Shown here piece by piece: positions 12,632 through 23,047 of a stretch of DNA of 64,000 bases. This DNA is from an uncultured delta proteobacterium (GTDB lineage: Bacteria; Myxococcota_A; Polyangia; Fen-1088). The notes beneath the pieces are model-generated. The model ran no database searches and was not told the DNA's origin. It saw only the letters and a list, made by a program, of their open reading frames with translations. The DNA lies in the NCBI GenBank assembly GCA_963737265.1, contig CAVTRY010000010.1:1-64000 (forward strand), read 5' to 3'. Position 1 is the stretch's first letter; every line of letters begins with the position of its first letter. The translations under genes were made by a program, and so were the position numbers.

Positions 12632-12674
12632 CCACCTGCGGCGGGGCAGCCACCAGCGGGTGGGGCAGACGCCG
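12632..12674. repeat. Two tandem REP-like units
   Basis: CCACCTGCGGCGGGGCAG then CCACCAGCGGGTGGGGCAGACGCCG. A third copy lies at 16374-16397. Confidence 0.55.
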
Positions 12675-12718
12675 CTTACGCGGCATGAGATTTGTGGTTT
12701 CCAACCCTGGCGTAGTTC

Positions 12719-13369
12719 TTAATGCAGATGCATCCGCCAGAGAGTGTAGCTGAGAATCTCGTGGGTGATTCGGCTCCAGTACCCAGCGTGGCCTTCGACG
12801 GCGACGCGAGGCCGGGGTGATGTGAGCACATCAAGGCCGTCTGCGGCACAGATCTCGTGAATGCGGAAGAGGTGCGTTCCGTCGCTGACGATCACCAGCC
12901 TGCGTAAGCCATTCGCGCGAGCGATCACCGCAATGCGGCGAGCGGAGTCCTCAGTGTTGCGGCTTTCTGTCTCGGCAATAATCGCGCTCTCGGGCACGCC
13001 CATGCCCTTGAGATAATCGGCGCCCACCGCGCCTTCGGTGTAATCGTCGCCGCCCGTCCCGCCGAGGGTGATGATGAGCGGGGCGATGCCGCGATGGTAG
13101 AGCGAAAGCGCGTGATCGAGGCGGGCGCGGTAGACCGGTGACGGACGGCCATCGTATTCCGCCGCGCCAAAGACGCCAATGGCATCGGAGGGCGCAGCCT
13201 GGTCCTGACCCGCGTATGCCTCAATTTGCGCATAGACCCACCAACTCCAGGCGAAAAGGCCACAGAGCAGGGCGAAGAGCAGCGCAGGCACGGCCCAGAG
13301 AAGAAACCTGCGACGAACAGTCCTGCTCCGTTTGGGCCGGCGTGGCTTGGTCTTTGTCCGGCTCGTCAT
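12719..13369 (-). CDS. YdcF/DUF218 (SanA/ElyC-like) protein
   Basis: N-terminal TM, DAIGVFGAA, RARLDHA, ESRNTEDS, VSDGTHLFR. Confidence 0.88.
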   Translation of the reverse strand: MTSRTKTKPRRPKRSRTVRRRFLLWAVPALLFALLCGLFAWSWWVYAQIEAYAGQDQAAPSDAIGVFGAAEYDGRPSPVYRARLDHALSLYHRGIAPLIITLGGTGGDDYTEGAVGADYLKGMGVPESAIIAETESRNTEDSARRIAVIARANGLRRLVIVSDGTHLFRIHEICAADGLDVLTSPRPRVAVEGHAGYWSRITHEILSYTLWRMHLH

Positions 13370-13378
13370 GCTGGCCTT

Positions 13379-14023
13379 CTACCGTTGCAGAACCATAACG
13401 ATTTCGTGAGTAGGAATGGCGCCCTCGCGCAGAATCTCCCAGCGGCCGGGGCCGAGGGACAGATCGACAATGGTTGTGGGCTGAGCGTGGCCGGTGGGGC
13501 CACCGTCGATGATGAGCGGGATGCGGTCGCCGATCTGGTCGCGGACGCAGGCGGCGTGGGTGCACTCCGACGCGCCTTGCAGGTTGGCCGAGGTGGCCGT
13601 GATGGGCAGGCCGAAGCGCTCGACGACTGCGCGCGCGATGGCCGCATCGGGCACGCGGATGGCAACGTTGCCGGTGTTGGCAGTGGAGCGCAGTGGCAGC
13701 TTGGTTCCGGCGCGCACAATGACGGTAAGCGGCCCCGGCCAGAACCTGTCAGCGAGCTTATCGAGCAGCGGGTCAGTATCGCGCGCCAGCGTGTAGGCCT
13801 GGGCCAGACCCGAGATCAAGAGGGATAACGGCTTATGCTTCTGCCGGGTCTTGATCTGGTAGATGCGCTCGACAGCGTGCAGATTAACCGGATCGACGGC
13901 GAGGCCGTAGAACGTGTCGGTTGGAAGGGCAACGACATCGCCTTTGCGCAGACAGGACACGATGTAGTCGATCCTGTCAGGCTGGGGCTCATCGGGATGG
14001 ACGCGCAAAATCTCCGCGGACAA
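13379..14023 (-). CDS. tsaC: L-threonylcarbamoyladenylate synthase (Sua5/YrdC)
   Basis: VALPTDTFYGL, KTRQKHKPL, FWPGPLT, ATSAN, PTTIVD. Confidence 0.92.
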   Translation of the reverse strand: MSAEILRVHPDEPQPDRIDYIVSCLRKGDVVALPTDTFYGLAVDPVNLHAVERIYQIKTRQKHKPLSLLISGLAQAYTLARDTDPLLDKLADRFWPGPLTVIVRAGTKLPLRSTANTGNVAIRVPDAAIARAVVERFGLPITATSANLQGASECTHAACVRDQIGDRIPLIIDGGPTGHAQPTTIVDLSLGPGRWEILREGAIPTHEIVMVLQR

Positions 14024-14173
14024 GAAGGTCTACCTCAGTTCCCGGGAAACATTAGGCCACAAAGACGGAAACTAACACAGCACCAGCCATGGTGCAAGTT
14101 TGCCAGTTTTCGCCTCCCAAAGCGACCGAAGAAACAGAATAGAATCGCGTTAGCGATTGCCGGTTCGCTTAAG

Positions 14174-15001
14174 ATGCCTGTCCGCATTGTACAGAGTAAG
14201 CAGAATGCCCGTTTGAAAGAACTGCGGAGAGCGCTCGCGCACCCGCCGCGTGACCGGGCCGGCCTGGCTGGCATCGAGGGGCCAAACCTGCTGGAAGAGG
14301 CGATACGGGCGGGGCTGCGGATTGATTCTGTGTTTGTGGCGCAAGGGTCCGAGCGGCTGCTGGAGGGCTTCGATCTGCCCCCGGACCTTGAAGTCCTGCT
14401 GGTTCCAAAGGGGCTGCTGAACGCGGCGATGACCACGGAGACACCGCAACCAATTGCGGCGCTGATTGAGCCACCCGCTTGGACCTGGGACGACATTCTG
14501 GGAATTGGCCGTGGTGCGATGCCGCTGATCCTGATCCTGGCTGGTTTACAGGACCCCGGGAATCTGGGGACGATCTTGCGGTCTGCGGAGGCCTTTGGCG
14601 CAAGCGGAATTGTAAGTTTGCCGGGAACCGTGGGCGCCTGGAATCCAAAAGCAATGCGCGCTTCGGCGGGGAGCCTGTTTCGCGTTCCGCTGATCGAGGC
14701 GGAGGGTGATTGGTGTTTTGCTCGGCTGCGGGAGGCTGGAATTCGGCTGCTCACCACCGCTGTTCGCAATGCTGAACCTGTGGGCGCTGTGGATCTGAGA
14801 GAGCCGGCGGCGATTCTCATCGGAAATGAGGGCAATGGGGTTCAAGAGGAATTGGCATCCCAGGCCGATGGGGCAATCACGATTCCATGCCCTGGGCCGG
14901 TGGAGAGCCTGAATGCCGCAGTCGCGGTGGGAGTGCTGCTGTATGAAGCGAGCCGGCAGAGGGCGGGACAGCCAGGTTCCATGATCGGGAGGGCACGGTG
15001 A
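14174..15001 (+). CDS. TrmH/SpoU-family RNA methyltransferase
   Basis: QDPGNLGTILRSAEAFG, IGNEGNG, VESLNAAVA. Confidence 0.92.
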   Translation: MPVRIVQSKQNARLKELRRALAHPPRDRAGLAGIEGPNLLEEAIRAGLRIDSVFVAQGSERLLEGFDLPPDLEVLLVPKGLLNAAMTTETPQPIAALIEPPAWTWDDILGIGRGAMPLILILAGLQDPGNLGTILRSAEAFGASGIVSLPGTVGAWNPKAMRASAGSLFRVPLIEAEGDWCFARLREAGIRLLTTAVRNAEPVGAVDLREPAAILIGNEGNGVQEELASQADGAITIPCPGPVESLNAAVAVGVLLYEASRQRAGQPGSMIGRAR

Positions 15002-16371
15002 GCCTGTTCGATGGAGAACCCGATGGACCACCACGGCCCTCCAAACGCTTGCCTGATGGCAAAGGAGGCGCGCCGCTGGCCGAGCGCATGCGGCCGCGCA
15101 GCCTGGAGGAATATAGCGGCCAGGCGCACCTGCTGGGGCCGGGGAAACCGTTGCGGGTCCAGATCGAGAAGGATGACCCGGGTTCGATGATCCTGTGGGG
15201 TCCGCCGGGATCGGGAAAGACCACGCTGGCGAAGATCATCGCGGAGACCACCAAGGCCAACTTCATCGAGTTTTCCGCCGTGATGAGCGGGATTAAAGAG
15301 ATCAAGCAGGTGATGGCCACGGCCGCGCAAGCCGCGGAGATGCATTCGCGCACGATCCTGTTTGTGGATGAAATTCACCGCTTCAACAAGGCGCAGCAGG
15401 ATGCCTTTCTCCCTTATGTAGAGCGCGGAACGATCCGGCTGATTGGCGCGACGACGGAGAATCCGTCGTTTGAGATTATTTCCGCCCTGCTTTCGCGATG
15501 CCGCGTATACGTGCTTCAACCTCTGAGTGAAGAACACATTACAGAACTGCTGCGGCGCGCGCTGGAGGATGCGGAGCGTGGGCTAGGAGCGTTGGGGCTG
15601 GCCGCAGACGATGATGCCCTGGAACTGATTGCAAGTTACTCGAGCGGAGATTGCCGCGCGGCCTACAACACGCTGGAGGTAGCGGCACAGTTGGCAGGCG
15701 AGCGGGCAGCCGGCGAGAACGCAAAACGGATTGATCGCGCATTGGCGGTAGAGGCCGTCCAGCAGCGTGTGCTGATGTACGACAAGTCAGGAGAAGAGCA
15801 CTATAACCTCATCTCGGCACTCCACAAGAGCGTGCGCAACTCTGATCCGGATGCGGCGCTTTATTGGCTGGCAAGAATGTTTGCGGCCGGCGAGGATCCT
15901 TTGTACCTGGCGCGGCGGGTGGTGCGGATGGCGGTGGAGGATATTGGGCTAGCCGCGCCCGAGGCACTGAATCTGTGCTTGTCGGCCAAAGAAGCCATTG
16001 ATTTTCTGGGTTCTCCCGAGGGCGACTTGGCATTGGCCGAGGCGGTGGTGTATCTATGCCTGGCGCCGAAATCGAACTCGGTATACACGGCATATGGCGC
16101 CGTGCAGGCAGAGATTGAACACACCCGGCAGGAGCCGGTTCCGCTTCATCTGCGCAATGCTCCCACGCGTCTGATGAAAGAGCTCGAATATGGCAAAGGC
16201 TACCGCTACGCCCATGATGAGGAAGGCCGCGTAGCCGATATGGACTGCCTGCCTGATTCATTGCGCGGGCGGAGCTATTACCAGCCTACGCAGGAGGGGC
16301 GAGAGAAACAGCTGGCGCAACGAATGGAAGAGATTCGCAGGATTCGCGCGGGGAAACGAGGCGGCGTTTAG
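14998..16371 (+). CDS. rarA: Replication-associated recombination protein A
   Basis: PLAERMRP, WGPPGSGKTT, FVDEIHRFNKAQQD, ISALHKSVRNSDPDA, VPLHLRNAPT. Confidence 0.96.
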   Translation: MSLFDGEPDGPPRPSKRLPDGKGGAPLAERMRPRSLEEYSGQAHLLGPGKPLRVQIEKDDPGSMILWGPPGSGKTTLAKIIAETTKANFIEFSAVMSGIKEIKQVMATAAQAAEMHSRTILFVDEIHRFNKAQQDAFLPYVERGTIRLIGATTENPSFEIISALLSRCRVYVLQPLSEEHITELLRRALEDAERGLGALGLAADDDALELIASYSSGDCRAAYNTLEVAAQLAGERAAGENAKRIDRALAVEAVQQRVLMYDKSGEEHYNLISALHKSVRNSDPDAALYWLARMFAAGEDPLYLARRVVRMAVEDIGLAAPEALNLCLSAKEAIDFLGSPEGDLALAEAVVYLCLAPKSNSVYTAYGAVQAEIEHTRQEPVPLHLRNAPTRLMKELEYGKGYRYAHDEEGRVADMDCLPDSLRGRSYYQPTQEGREKQLAQRMEEIRRIRAGKRGGV

Positions 16372-16373
16372 GG

Positions 16374-16397
16374 CCACCTGCGGTGGGGCGGACGCCG
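16374..16397. repeat. REP-like unit
   Basis: CCACCTGCGGTGGGGCGGACGCCG just after the rarA stop; matches 12632-12674. Confidence 0.5.
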
Positions 16398-16493
16398 TTT
16401 TCTCGGCCAAGAATCGAGGTATTAATGGTTTGACCCGCCAGGGTTGAGTTGAGAGGATGAAACCAATGCTTGTTAAGAAGATACGAGGCAAAG

Positions 16494-17492
16494 ATGAAGC
16501 TGGAATTCATTTGGCAGGAGTCTGGTTTCAATGAGCGAGATTGGATTGCCGACATCTTTGCCCCGGTGGCGGGAGAGCAGATATTTGACGGCGATCATCG
16601 CATCGTGCTCGACAACTGCCTCTTGATCGATTCGTATCTCCATTCGAGGCCGCGAGACTACTACGCGCAGTTTCGCGGCAAAAATGCGTGGCTTCTGCAT
16701 CTCTCCGATGAGACCTATGAGGGCGGCTACGACGCCTATGAGAACTTCTGTGGGGTATTCCGCAATTACTGGTCAGGAGTTTTCAATCCCAAGCGCGTGT
16801 TTCAGTTCCCGCTGGGATACGCGGATGGACTGATACACGATGTGCGCGGGCCAGATCCCGAGAACCGCAAGTATCTTTGGAGCTTTGTAGGCGAGGCAGC
16901 GAAAAGTTCGAGGCCTGAGATGGCGCGCGCGTTGGCGCCCCTGAGTCCGCATTTTGGACTGAACACCGATGGGAGCAAACACCAGCCGCTGAGCCGACGG
17001 GAGTATCAGGATAGCCTGTTCGATTCGATCTTCGTTCCCTGCCCTATGGGCAACGTGAGTCTTGAGTCGTTTCGCGTCTACGAAGCGTTGGAGTGCGAGG
17101 CGATTCCGATACTAGAGAAACGGGCAACGTTGGATTATTTTAAGCAGTTGTTCGGTAACCATCCGCTGCCTACCTTTGGCAACTGGAATGAGGCCGCGCG
17201 ATTTGTGCGATCAGTTCGCGAGGACCCAAATGCGCTTAAAGAGCTGCAGAAGCGCTGTACCGATTGGTGGAGGACCTACAAGCAGAGGCTTCGCGAAGGA
17301 GTGGAGAGCTTCTTCGGCGCGAGTTCCGGCGAGAAGCCAGGCGCGTTCGTACGATGGCCGTATTCTGTTCCAGGATGGCAACCCGCTGAGTTGATTCGGC
17401 ACCAGACGGCGACTTCGTTGGCAAGACGCGTCAGGTTGCAACTGGCGCGATTCACGCGCGAGGGAAGGCTGCGCAAAACGAAAGGCGCATAG
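16494..17492 (+). CDS. Exostosin/GT47-like glycosyltransferase
   Basis: HLSDE, RKYLWSFVG, SIFVPCPMGN...ESFRVYEALECEAIPI, which matches the exostosin-family C-terminal pattern. Confidence 0.7.
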   Translation: MKLEFIWQESGFNERDWIADIFAPVAGEQIFDGDHRIVLDNCLLIDSYLHSRPRDYYAQFRGKNAWLLHLSDETYEGGYDAYENFCGVFRNYWSGVFNPKRVFQFPLGYADGLIHDVRGPDPENRKYLWSFVGEAAKSSRPEMARALAPLSPHFGLNTDGSKHQPLSRREYQDSLFDSIFVPCPMGNVSLESFRVYEALECEAIPILEKRATLDYFKQLFGNHPLPTFGNWNEAARFVRSVREDPNALKELQKRCTDWWRTYKQRLREGVESFFGASSGEKPGAFVRWPYSVPGWQPAELIRHQTATSLARRVRLQLARFTREGRLRKTKGA

Positions 17493-17512
17493 ACCGGCAG
17501 ATCCGTGCCTCT

Positions 17513-18142
17513 TCAGTTGGCGTACTTCACCGAGCATCCATAGGAACGCGTATACGGAATCGCCACCGGCTTGCCTGCCATCGCTTCAGTCAGCGCGTCA
17601 GAGACGTAGTTGTCTGCGCCGTGCACATCCTCGGGATCGGGCGTGGGACGGTTGTCGATGGCGCCAGAGTAGATCAACTTTCCGCTGGGATCTATGACGA
17701 ACATGTCCGGCGTGGTTTTGGCGTTGTACAGGTGCCCCAGCTTGCCTTCCGGGTCCATGAGCACTGCTGTTGGCGAAGCGTGAACCTGTGCCAGGTAGGC
17801 GTTCTCCTGCGCGGGCGTCACGTATCCCTGCTCGCCCGGAGCCGAGGAGATGACGGTGAACCAGGCTACGCCTTTGGCGGTCCACTCCTTTTGCAATGCC
17901 TGCATGTTGCCTGAGACGTAATGCTTGCGAGTGAAGGGGCACCCCTGATTGTGCCATTCGAGGACCACGTATTTGCCGTGGAACTGGTCGAGCGATTCGG
18001 ATTTCCCGCTTGAGTCGGTGGCATTGAAGGCCGGGGCGGGCGCTCCGACGCGGGCAGCTTGCGAGGCAGAAACGAGCGGCATGAGTGCAGATGCGAGCAG
18101 CGCGCTCATTGAGAGCCTATGGCGGCGGGAAAGAAGGGCCAT
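17513..18142 (-). CDS. Secreted thioredoxin-like redoxin (AhpC/TSA family)
   Basis: VVLEWHNQGCPF, AKTTP, YSGAID, YGCSVKY. AGGAGG RBS upstream. Confidence 0.88.
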   Translation of the reverse strand: MALLSRRHRLSMSALLASALMPLVSASQAARVGAPAPAFNATDSSGKSESLDQFHGKYVVLEWHNQGCPFTRKHYVSGNMQALQKEWTAKGVAWFTVISSAPGEQGYVTPAQENAYLAQVHASPTAVLMDPEGKLGHLYNAKTTPDMFVIDPSGKLIYSGAIDNRPTPDPEDVHGADNYVSDALTEAMAGKPVAIPYTRSYGCSVKYAN

Positions 18143-18196
18143 GTGAGTCAACCTCCTGAGGGGAAATCAGACGATTAACCGGATTGGCTTGCCAGC

Positions 18197-20475
18197 TTAC
18201 TTCAAATTGGACGGTGCAGCGCTGGCTTGGGTTGCAGCCTGTGGCAGCTTGCTGATGGCGTCCGTGACAATACCCGGGGTGAGCACTTCAGGCAACAGCC
18301 GGGGGCTGTTATCCCCTGGGAGGTAAAGAACGTAAGTGGGAACGCCGCTGCGGCCCAGCGCCGTGAGGGCCGTGGTGATGTCTTCGTCGTGGCGCGTCCA
18401 GTCAGCGCGCATGCGGATTACGTGTGCCGCTCTAAACGCGGACTCGACTTCAGGCTTGTCGAGAGCTACGCGCTCGTTGACCTGACAGCTCAGGCACCAG
18501 CTTGCGGTGAAGTCTACAAAAACGGGGTAGCCTTCAGCCCGATAGCGCTCTGCGGAGGCAGGCGACCAGGTTTGCCAGTAGCTTTCCGGCGCTAACCCAA
18601 CCGCAAGGACGTGGCGCGAATCGAATTTGGGCTCGGCAAGAACCTTGGATGAAAAGACCATGAGCCCAACCGTGGCCGCGATGATGATGCCCGCCATGAC
18701 GGAAGCCCAGCGCTTCGCCGGCCAGCGGCCCAGAAACCAACCCGCAACAGCAAGGAGCAGGAAGCTTGCCAGCAGCGCGGCCACCAGCGCAGCCCCATAA
18801 GCTTGCGCCACCACCCATGCCAGCCAGATGACGGTGCCGAAGATAGGCACGGAGACGGCCTGCTTGAGCACGTCCATCCATACGCCAGGCTTGGGGAGAA
18901 GGCGTGCCCAGGCTGGTTGCAGCGTGAGGGCCACGTAGGGCGCTGCGAGGCCGAGGGCCAGCGCGGTGAAGATGGCGAAGCTGACCGCTGCCGATTGCGA
19001 GAGCGCGTAACCAATGGCTGCTCCCATCAACGGCGCGGTGCAAGGCGTGGCGACGACCACCGCCAGCACGCCGGTAAAGAAGCTGCCCACGTAGCCTTGT
19101 TTGGCGGCGAGCGATCCTCCAGCACTGGTGAGGGTGAGGCCGATTTCGAACTGGCCGGCGAGCGAGAGGCCGAGGAAGAAGAGCAGGCCAGCCATGAGGG
19201 CGAGAACCACGGGCGATTGGAACTGGAAGCCCCAACCGATTTTGGAGCCTGCCGAACGCAAGACCAGCAGCACGCCGACCAGCGCCCAGAAGGATGCGAC
19301 AATCCCAAGCGTGTAGACCGCGCCATGCAGTCGAAGCGCGTGGCGTTCCTCGTTGCCGGATCGGACGAGCGCGAGGCCTTTGAGGAAGAGCACCGGAAAG
19401 ACGCAGGGCATGAGGTTGAGGATGAGCCCGCCGAGGAAGGCAAAGCCCACGCTGCGCAGCAGATCGGCAAAGGCCGTTTTCGGTGCCGGCGGAGGCACCG
19501 GGCTGGCAGGCTGTTGGGTGACAGCAGGCGGTGGGGTCGATGGTGCGGCGTCAGACGAGGCGGAGACGGGAGCAGACGGGACAGAGGTCGATGCGGATGC
19601 CGCGGGCGGCGATGCAGGGCGCTGCTCGAAGTGGATGCGGTTCCGGGGAGGGCGGCGATGTCATAAGCGCGACCTCCTGACAACTCCAAAACTCCTTTCA
19701 ACTGGGGTGGATTTGCGGTGAGATTCGCGTCTTTCTTTAGCTCAAGGGCGAAGCCCTTCGCCGTGGAAGTGAGCTTCTGCGGCGCGGGATTGTCAAGGAT
19801 ATCGGCGTCGGCGGGAAAGAACGCAGCTTCAGACTCACGATGGCCTGTATCGACGGAGAGACGGAAGCCTGTGGCCGTGGGCTGGAAGATGGCCTTGGCC
19901 GGGGGCGGCAACGGTTTGGGGAAGAGCTTTGGTTGGTCGAGACGCAGCCAGATTTCGCGATCCGGTTGGACCTCTCCCGCACCGTCCGTGGTGCCTTTGC
20001 TTTCAACTTTTCGCACCGTCTCGACTTCCGCTTTGCCAGGGATGCAAGTGGAACTGCAAACCAGCCAATCCACCTTGGCATGCAGATTGGCTTGACCCAG
20101 GCCTGCAGACGTGGCCACGTCGAGCTTGATCGGGAACAACACTTCGTTCTCGTACCCGAAGTCCATCAATGGCCCGAGGGGCAGACGTTTGGGCGTGGGG
20201 AAATCCAAGGGGCCGGCGGTGATTCCCGCAGGTAAAGTCCAGCGAATATGCGGCGGCTCTCCGGCATCGCCGGGATTCTTCCAATAGATATGCCAGCCTG
20301 GCTCGATTTTGAAGTATAGCGCTGCTTCCGCAGTGGTGCCCTGATAGAGATGTTCCTCTGGAACGAGCAACTGGACATGGACATGCGGAGCGTCGGCGGA
20401 ATTGGACACTGCGCGCCCTGGTAGTGCCGCAGCCAGCAACAGAGCAACGCCGATGATGGAACGAGATACGCGCAT
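18197..20475 (-). CDS. dsbD: DsbD-like thiol:disulfide interchange protein; frameshift ~19620
   Basis: GWHIYWKNPGDAG, CSSTC, LNLMPCVFPVL, ATPCTAP, DFTASWCLSCQVNE. Confidence 0.9.
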
Positions 20476-20547
20476 GAAATGGGAACGTCCGCTACCAAGC
20501 ATTGGATTCAGTCTAATGGACGGACGGTGCGGAGAATAGGTGCGAGG

Positions 20548-20982
20548 CTATAGAGGCATCCGCGCGGCGTGCTCACGGAAGATGCAGTCATTCTCAACGC
20601 ATTTCACGCCGGCGGCGCGGGCACGGGCCACAGCTTCCTCGTGCACTACATCATCTTGAAGCCATAGATACCTGATTCCCAAACGGATGACGTCATCAAC
20701 GATTGCCGGCACGTGCTCCGATGCCCGGAAGACGTCTACCAGGTCAATTCCCTTGCCTGCTTCGGAGCGTAGAGCTTGGTCAGCAGAATCGAGATCGGGA
20801 TAGCACTTGAGGCCGAGGACTTCAGTCAGGATGGGATTGACGGGAATGACACGGTAGCCATTTTGGGCGAGATATTTGCCGATGTTGTGGCTGGCGCGCC
20901 AGGACTTGTTGCTCATTCCAACAACGGCAATGGTGCGTGCTGTCGAGAGCATTTCGTCGATAATCGCGGGATCGTTGGTCAT
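20548..20982 (-). CDS. CoA-binding protein (YccU-like)
   Basis: TIAVVGMS, YRVIPVNP, DLVDVFR, LWLQ, VENDCI. True start is MTNDPAII. Confidence 0.9.
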   Translation of the reverse strand: MTNDPAIIDEMLSTARTIAVVGMSNKSWRASHNIGKYLAQNGYRVIPVNPILTEVLGLKCYPDLDSADQALRSEAGKGIDLVDVFRASEHVPAIVDDVIRLGIRYLWLQDDVVHEEAVARARAAGVKCVENDCIFREHAARMPL

Positions 20983-20983
20983 G

Positions 20984-21025
20984 GGACAGTGAATAGGGGA
21001 CAGTGGACAATGAACAGTTGACGGT
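20984..21025. repeat. Six degenerate heptamer tandem units
   Basis: GGACAGT GAATAGG GGACAGT GGACAAT GAACAGT TGACGGT fill the gap between prfB and the CoA-binding gene. Confidence 0.6.
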
Positions 21026-22163
21026 TTATGCGTCGAGGTCGTCGTTGGAGGATTCGTCAACCGCGGTTCCGCGGCGCTTGGCCAACAGATAACCGCGCAG
21101 GAAGGGCTCGAGGTAACCGTCGAGCACCTTGTCAACATCCCCCACTTCAACCTTGGTGCGATGGTCTTTGGCGATGCGGTAGGGCTGCAAGACGTACGAA
21201 CGAATCTGTGATCCGAAGTTGATTTCCAACTTGGAATCTTCAAGTTTCTTGCTGACGGCCTTCTTCTTTTCGAGCTCGTACTCATAGAGACGCGAGCGCA
21301 GCATCTTCATTGCTTTCTCGCGGTTCTTGTGCTGGGAACGCTCGTTCTGGCATTGCACGACGATGCCCGTAGGCAGGTGCGTCATGCGCACGGCGGAGTC
21401 GGTGGTGTTGACGTGCTGGCCGCCCTTGCCGCCGGAGCGATAGGTGTCGATGCGCAGGTCTTCAAGCTTCAGGTCAACCTGGATGGAGTCGTCGATCTCA
21501 GGCGAGACAAACACGGAAGCGAACGACGTGTGGCGGCGCTTGGCGGAGTCGAATGGGGAGATGCGCACCAGGCGATGCACGCCGCTCTCGCCGGCCAACT
21601 GACCGAAGGCGTACTCGCCAATGATGGTGAACGTGGCGGATTTAATGCCCGCCTCATCGCCATCCTGAATGTCGTTGATTTCGGTCTTGAAGCCCTGTTG
21701 CTCGGCCCAGCGCAGGTACATGCGCATGAGCATCTCGGCCCAGTCCTGGCTCTCGGTTCCACCGGCGCCGGGGTGCACGGTGACGATTGCGTTCAGGGGA
21801 TCGGTAATGCTGGAGAGCATGGTGCGGGCTTCAAGGTCTTCAGCAAATGTGGCGAGCGCCTTGATGTCGCGCTCGAGATCGCCGAGAACGTCTTCGCCTT
21901 CCCGTGCCAGCTCGAAGTAGGCATCGATATCGCCGGCGCGACGCACCAACTCGTCATCGTCTGCGACGAGCTTTTCAATGCGCTTGCGATCGCGCATGAG
22001 AGGCTTGCTGGCGTCTGGGTTATTCCACATGGCCGGATCGGCCAGTTTCGCTTCAATATCGGCTAGTTCCCTGCGGATGCGGGCGGGGTCAAAGATACTC
22101 CCGCAGGTCGCGGACTTGATCGCGCACGGGAGCATATGCGAACTCGAGATCGTTCAACGACAT
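21026..22163 (-). CDS. prfB: Peptide chain release factor 2 with programmed +1 frameshift
   Basis: GGQ and SPF motifs. Leader frame MSLNDLEFAYAPVRDQVRDLREYL ends in CTT TGA C with an upstream GGGAG. Confidence 0.97.
22088..22102 (-). promoter_or_regulatory. RF2 autoregulatory +1 frameshift site
   Basis: GGGAG-TAT-CTT-TGA-C on the minus strand. Confidence 0.95.
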
Positions 22164-22337
22164 ATTCTGCTCTTTCCTTTGACCTGACTATGGGTTGGGA
22201 TATTAATCTGGGCCGCTCGACTGTACTAGAATACCACCCCCATCGACTTTCACTGGCGCAGGGATGAAGCTGCGGGAGGTGTCGGACCTGGGTCTTGCTT
22301 CCATTTACGGTTTCTCGAGTTTGGCGTGCTTCTCCTT

Positions 22338-22362
22338 TTTGTACATGTGTGATATATACAAA
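22338..22362. promoter_or_regulatory. Putative TA operator palindrome
   Basis: TTTGTACAT-N7-ATATACAAA (one mismatch) immediately before the toxin GTG start. Confidence 0.55.
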
Positions 22363-22364
22363 TT

Positions 22365-22678
22365 GTGGCGACTCACGATCCACTTCGCGAGTGCATTGGA
22401 TTCGATTGGGATGAATCGAACACTGTCAAAAACTGGGAGCGACACAAGGTAACACCGGAGGAAGCCGAGGATGTCTTCTTTCACGAACCCTTGGTGGTGC
22501 GTGGCGACGCTGGACACTCCTCGCGCGAAAAACGCTACCGGGCACTGGGAACGACATCACGAGGACGCCTCCTCTTTGTCGCCTGCACCATCCGGCGCAA
22601 GTTGATCCGGGTGATCTCGGTGCGCGATACGAATCGAAGAGAAGCTGAGAGTACAAACGACATGAAGAAAGTTCCTGA
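22365..22678 (+). CDS. BrnT-family toxin; probable 1-nt deletion ~22650
   Basis: GFDWDESNTVKNWERHKV, EAEDVF, HSSREKRY, IRVISVRD. A natural-looking end EYKRHEESS* lies in an alternate frame. Confidence 0.85.
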
Positions 22679-22964
22679 GTTTAAGAACGAGGACGAGGAG
22701 TTTGAGTTCTGGTCTTCCACGGGTGAGGGGGCCGACTCGACAGAGTACGTCGATTGGTCAAAAGCCCGGCGGGTCAAGTTTGTCAAACTCAAGCCCACAC
22801 TGCGCACCATCTCCGTTCGCCTGCCCGTGGCCATGGTCGAAGATCTGAAGATATTGGCCAACCAGCGCGACGTCCCTTACCAATCCCTCCTCAAGGTGTT
22901 TCTGGCAGAGCGACTCCTGCGAGAGAAGGCGCGGCGGCAGGCAGTCAAGGCTCGGTGCGGCTGA
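22662..22964 (+). CDS. BrnA/CopG-type antitoxin
   Basis: MKKVPEFKNEDEEFEFW, DSTEYVDW, TISVRLP, DVPYQSLLKVFL. Confidence 0.85.
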   Translation: MKKVPEFKNEDEEFEFWSSTGEGADSTEYVDWSKARRVKFVKLKPTLRTISVRLPVAMVEDLKILANQRDVPYQSLLKVFLAERLLREKARRQAVKARCG

Positions 22965-23047
22965 CCTCACCGTAGACGCTGCTGCCGCTCGTCGTCACGC
23001 AAATTGCGGACGAAAGACGCCGAATCCTCCAAGTCCGTTCAATCATT

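Noticed and set aside
19500-19640. Pro/Ala/Ser-rich repetitive segment in dsbD
   Set aside because: Ordinary flexible interdomain linker.
20983-21285. N-terminal extension of the CoA-binding protein ORF
   Set aside because: It overlaps prfB and the heptamer repeat. The family-like sequence starts at 20982.
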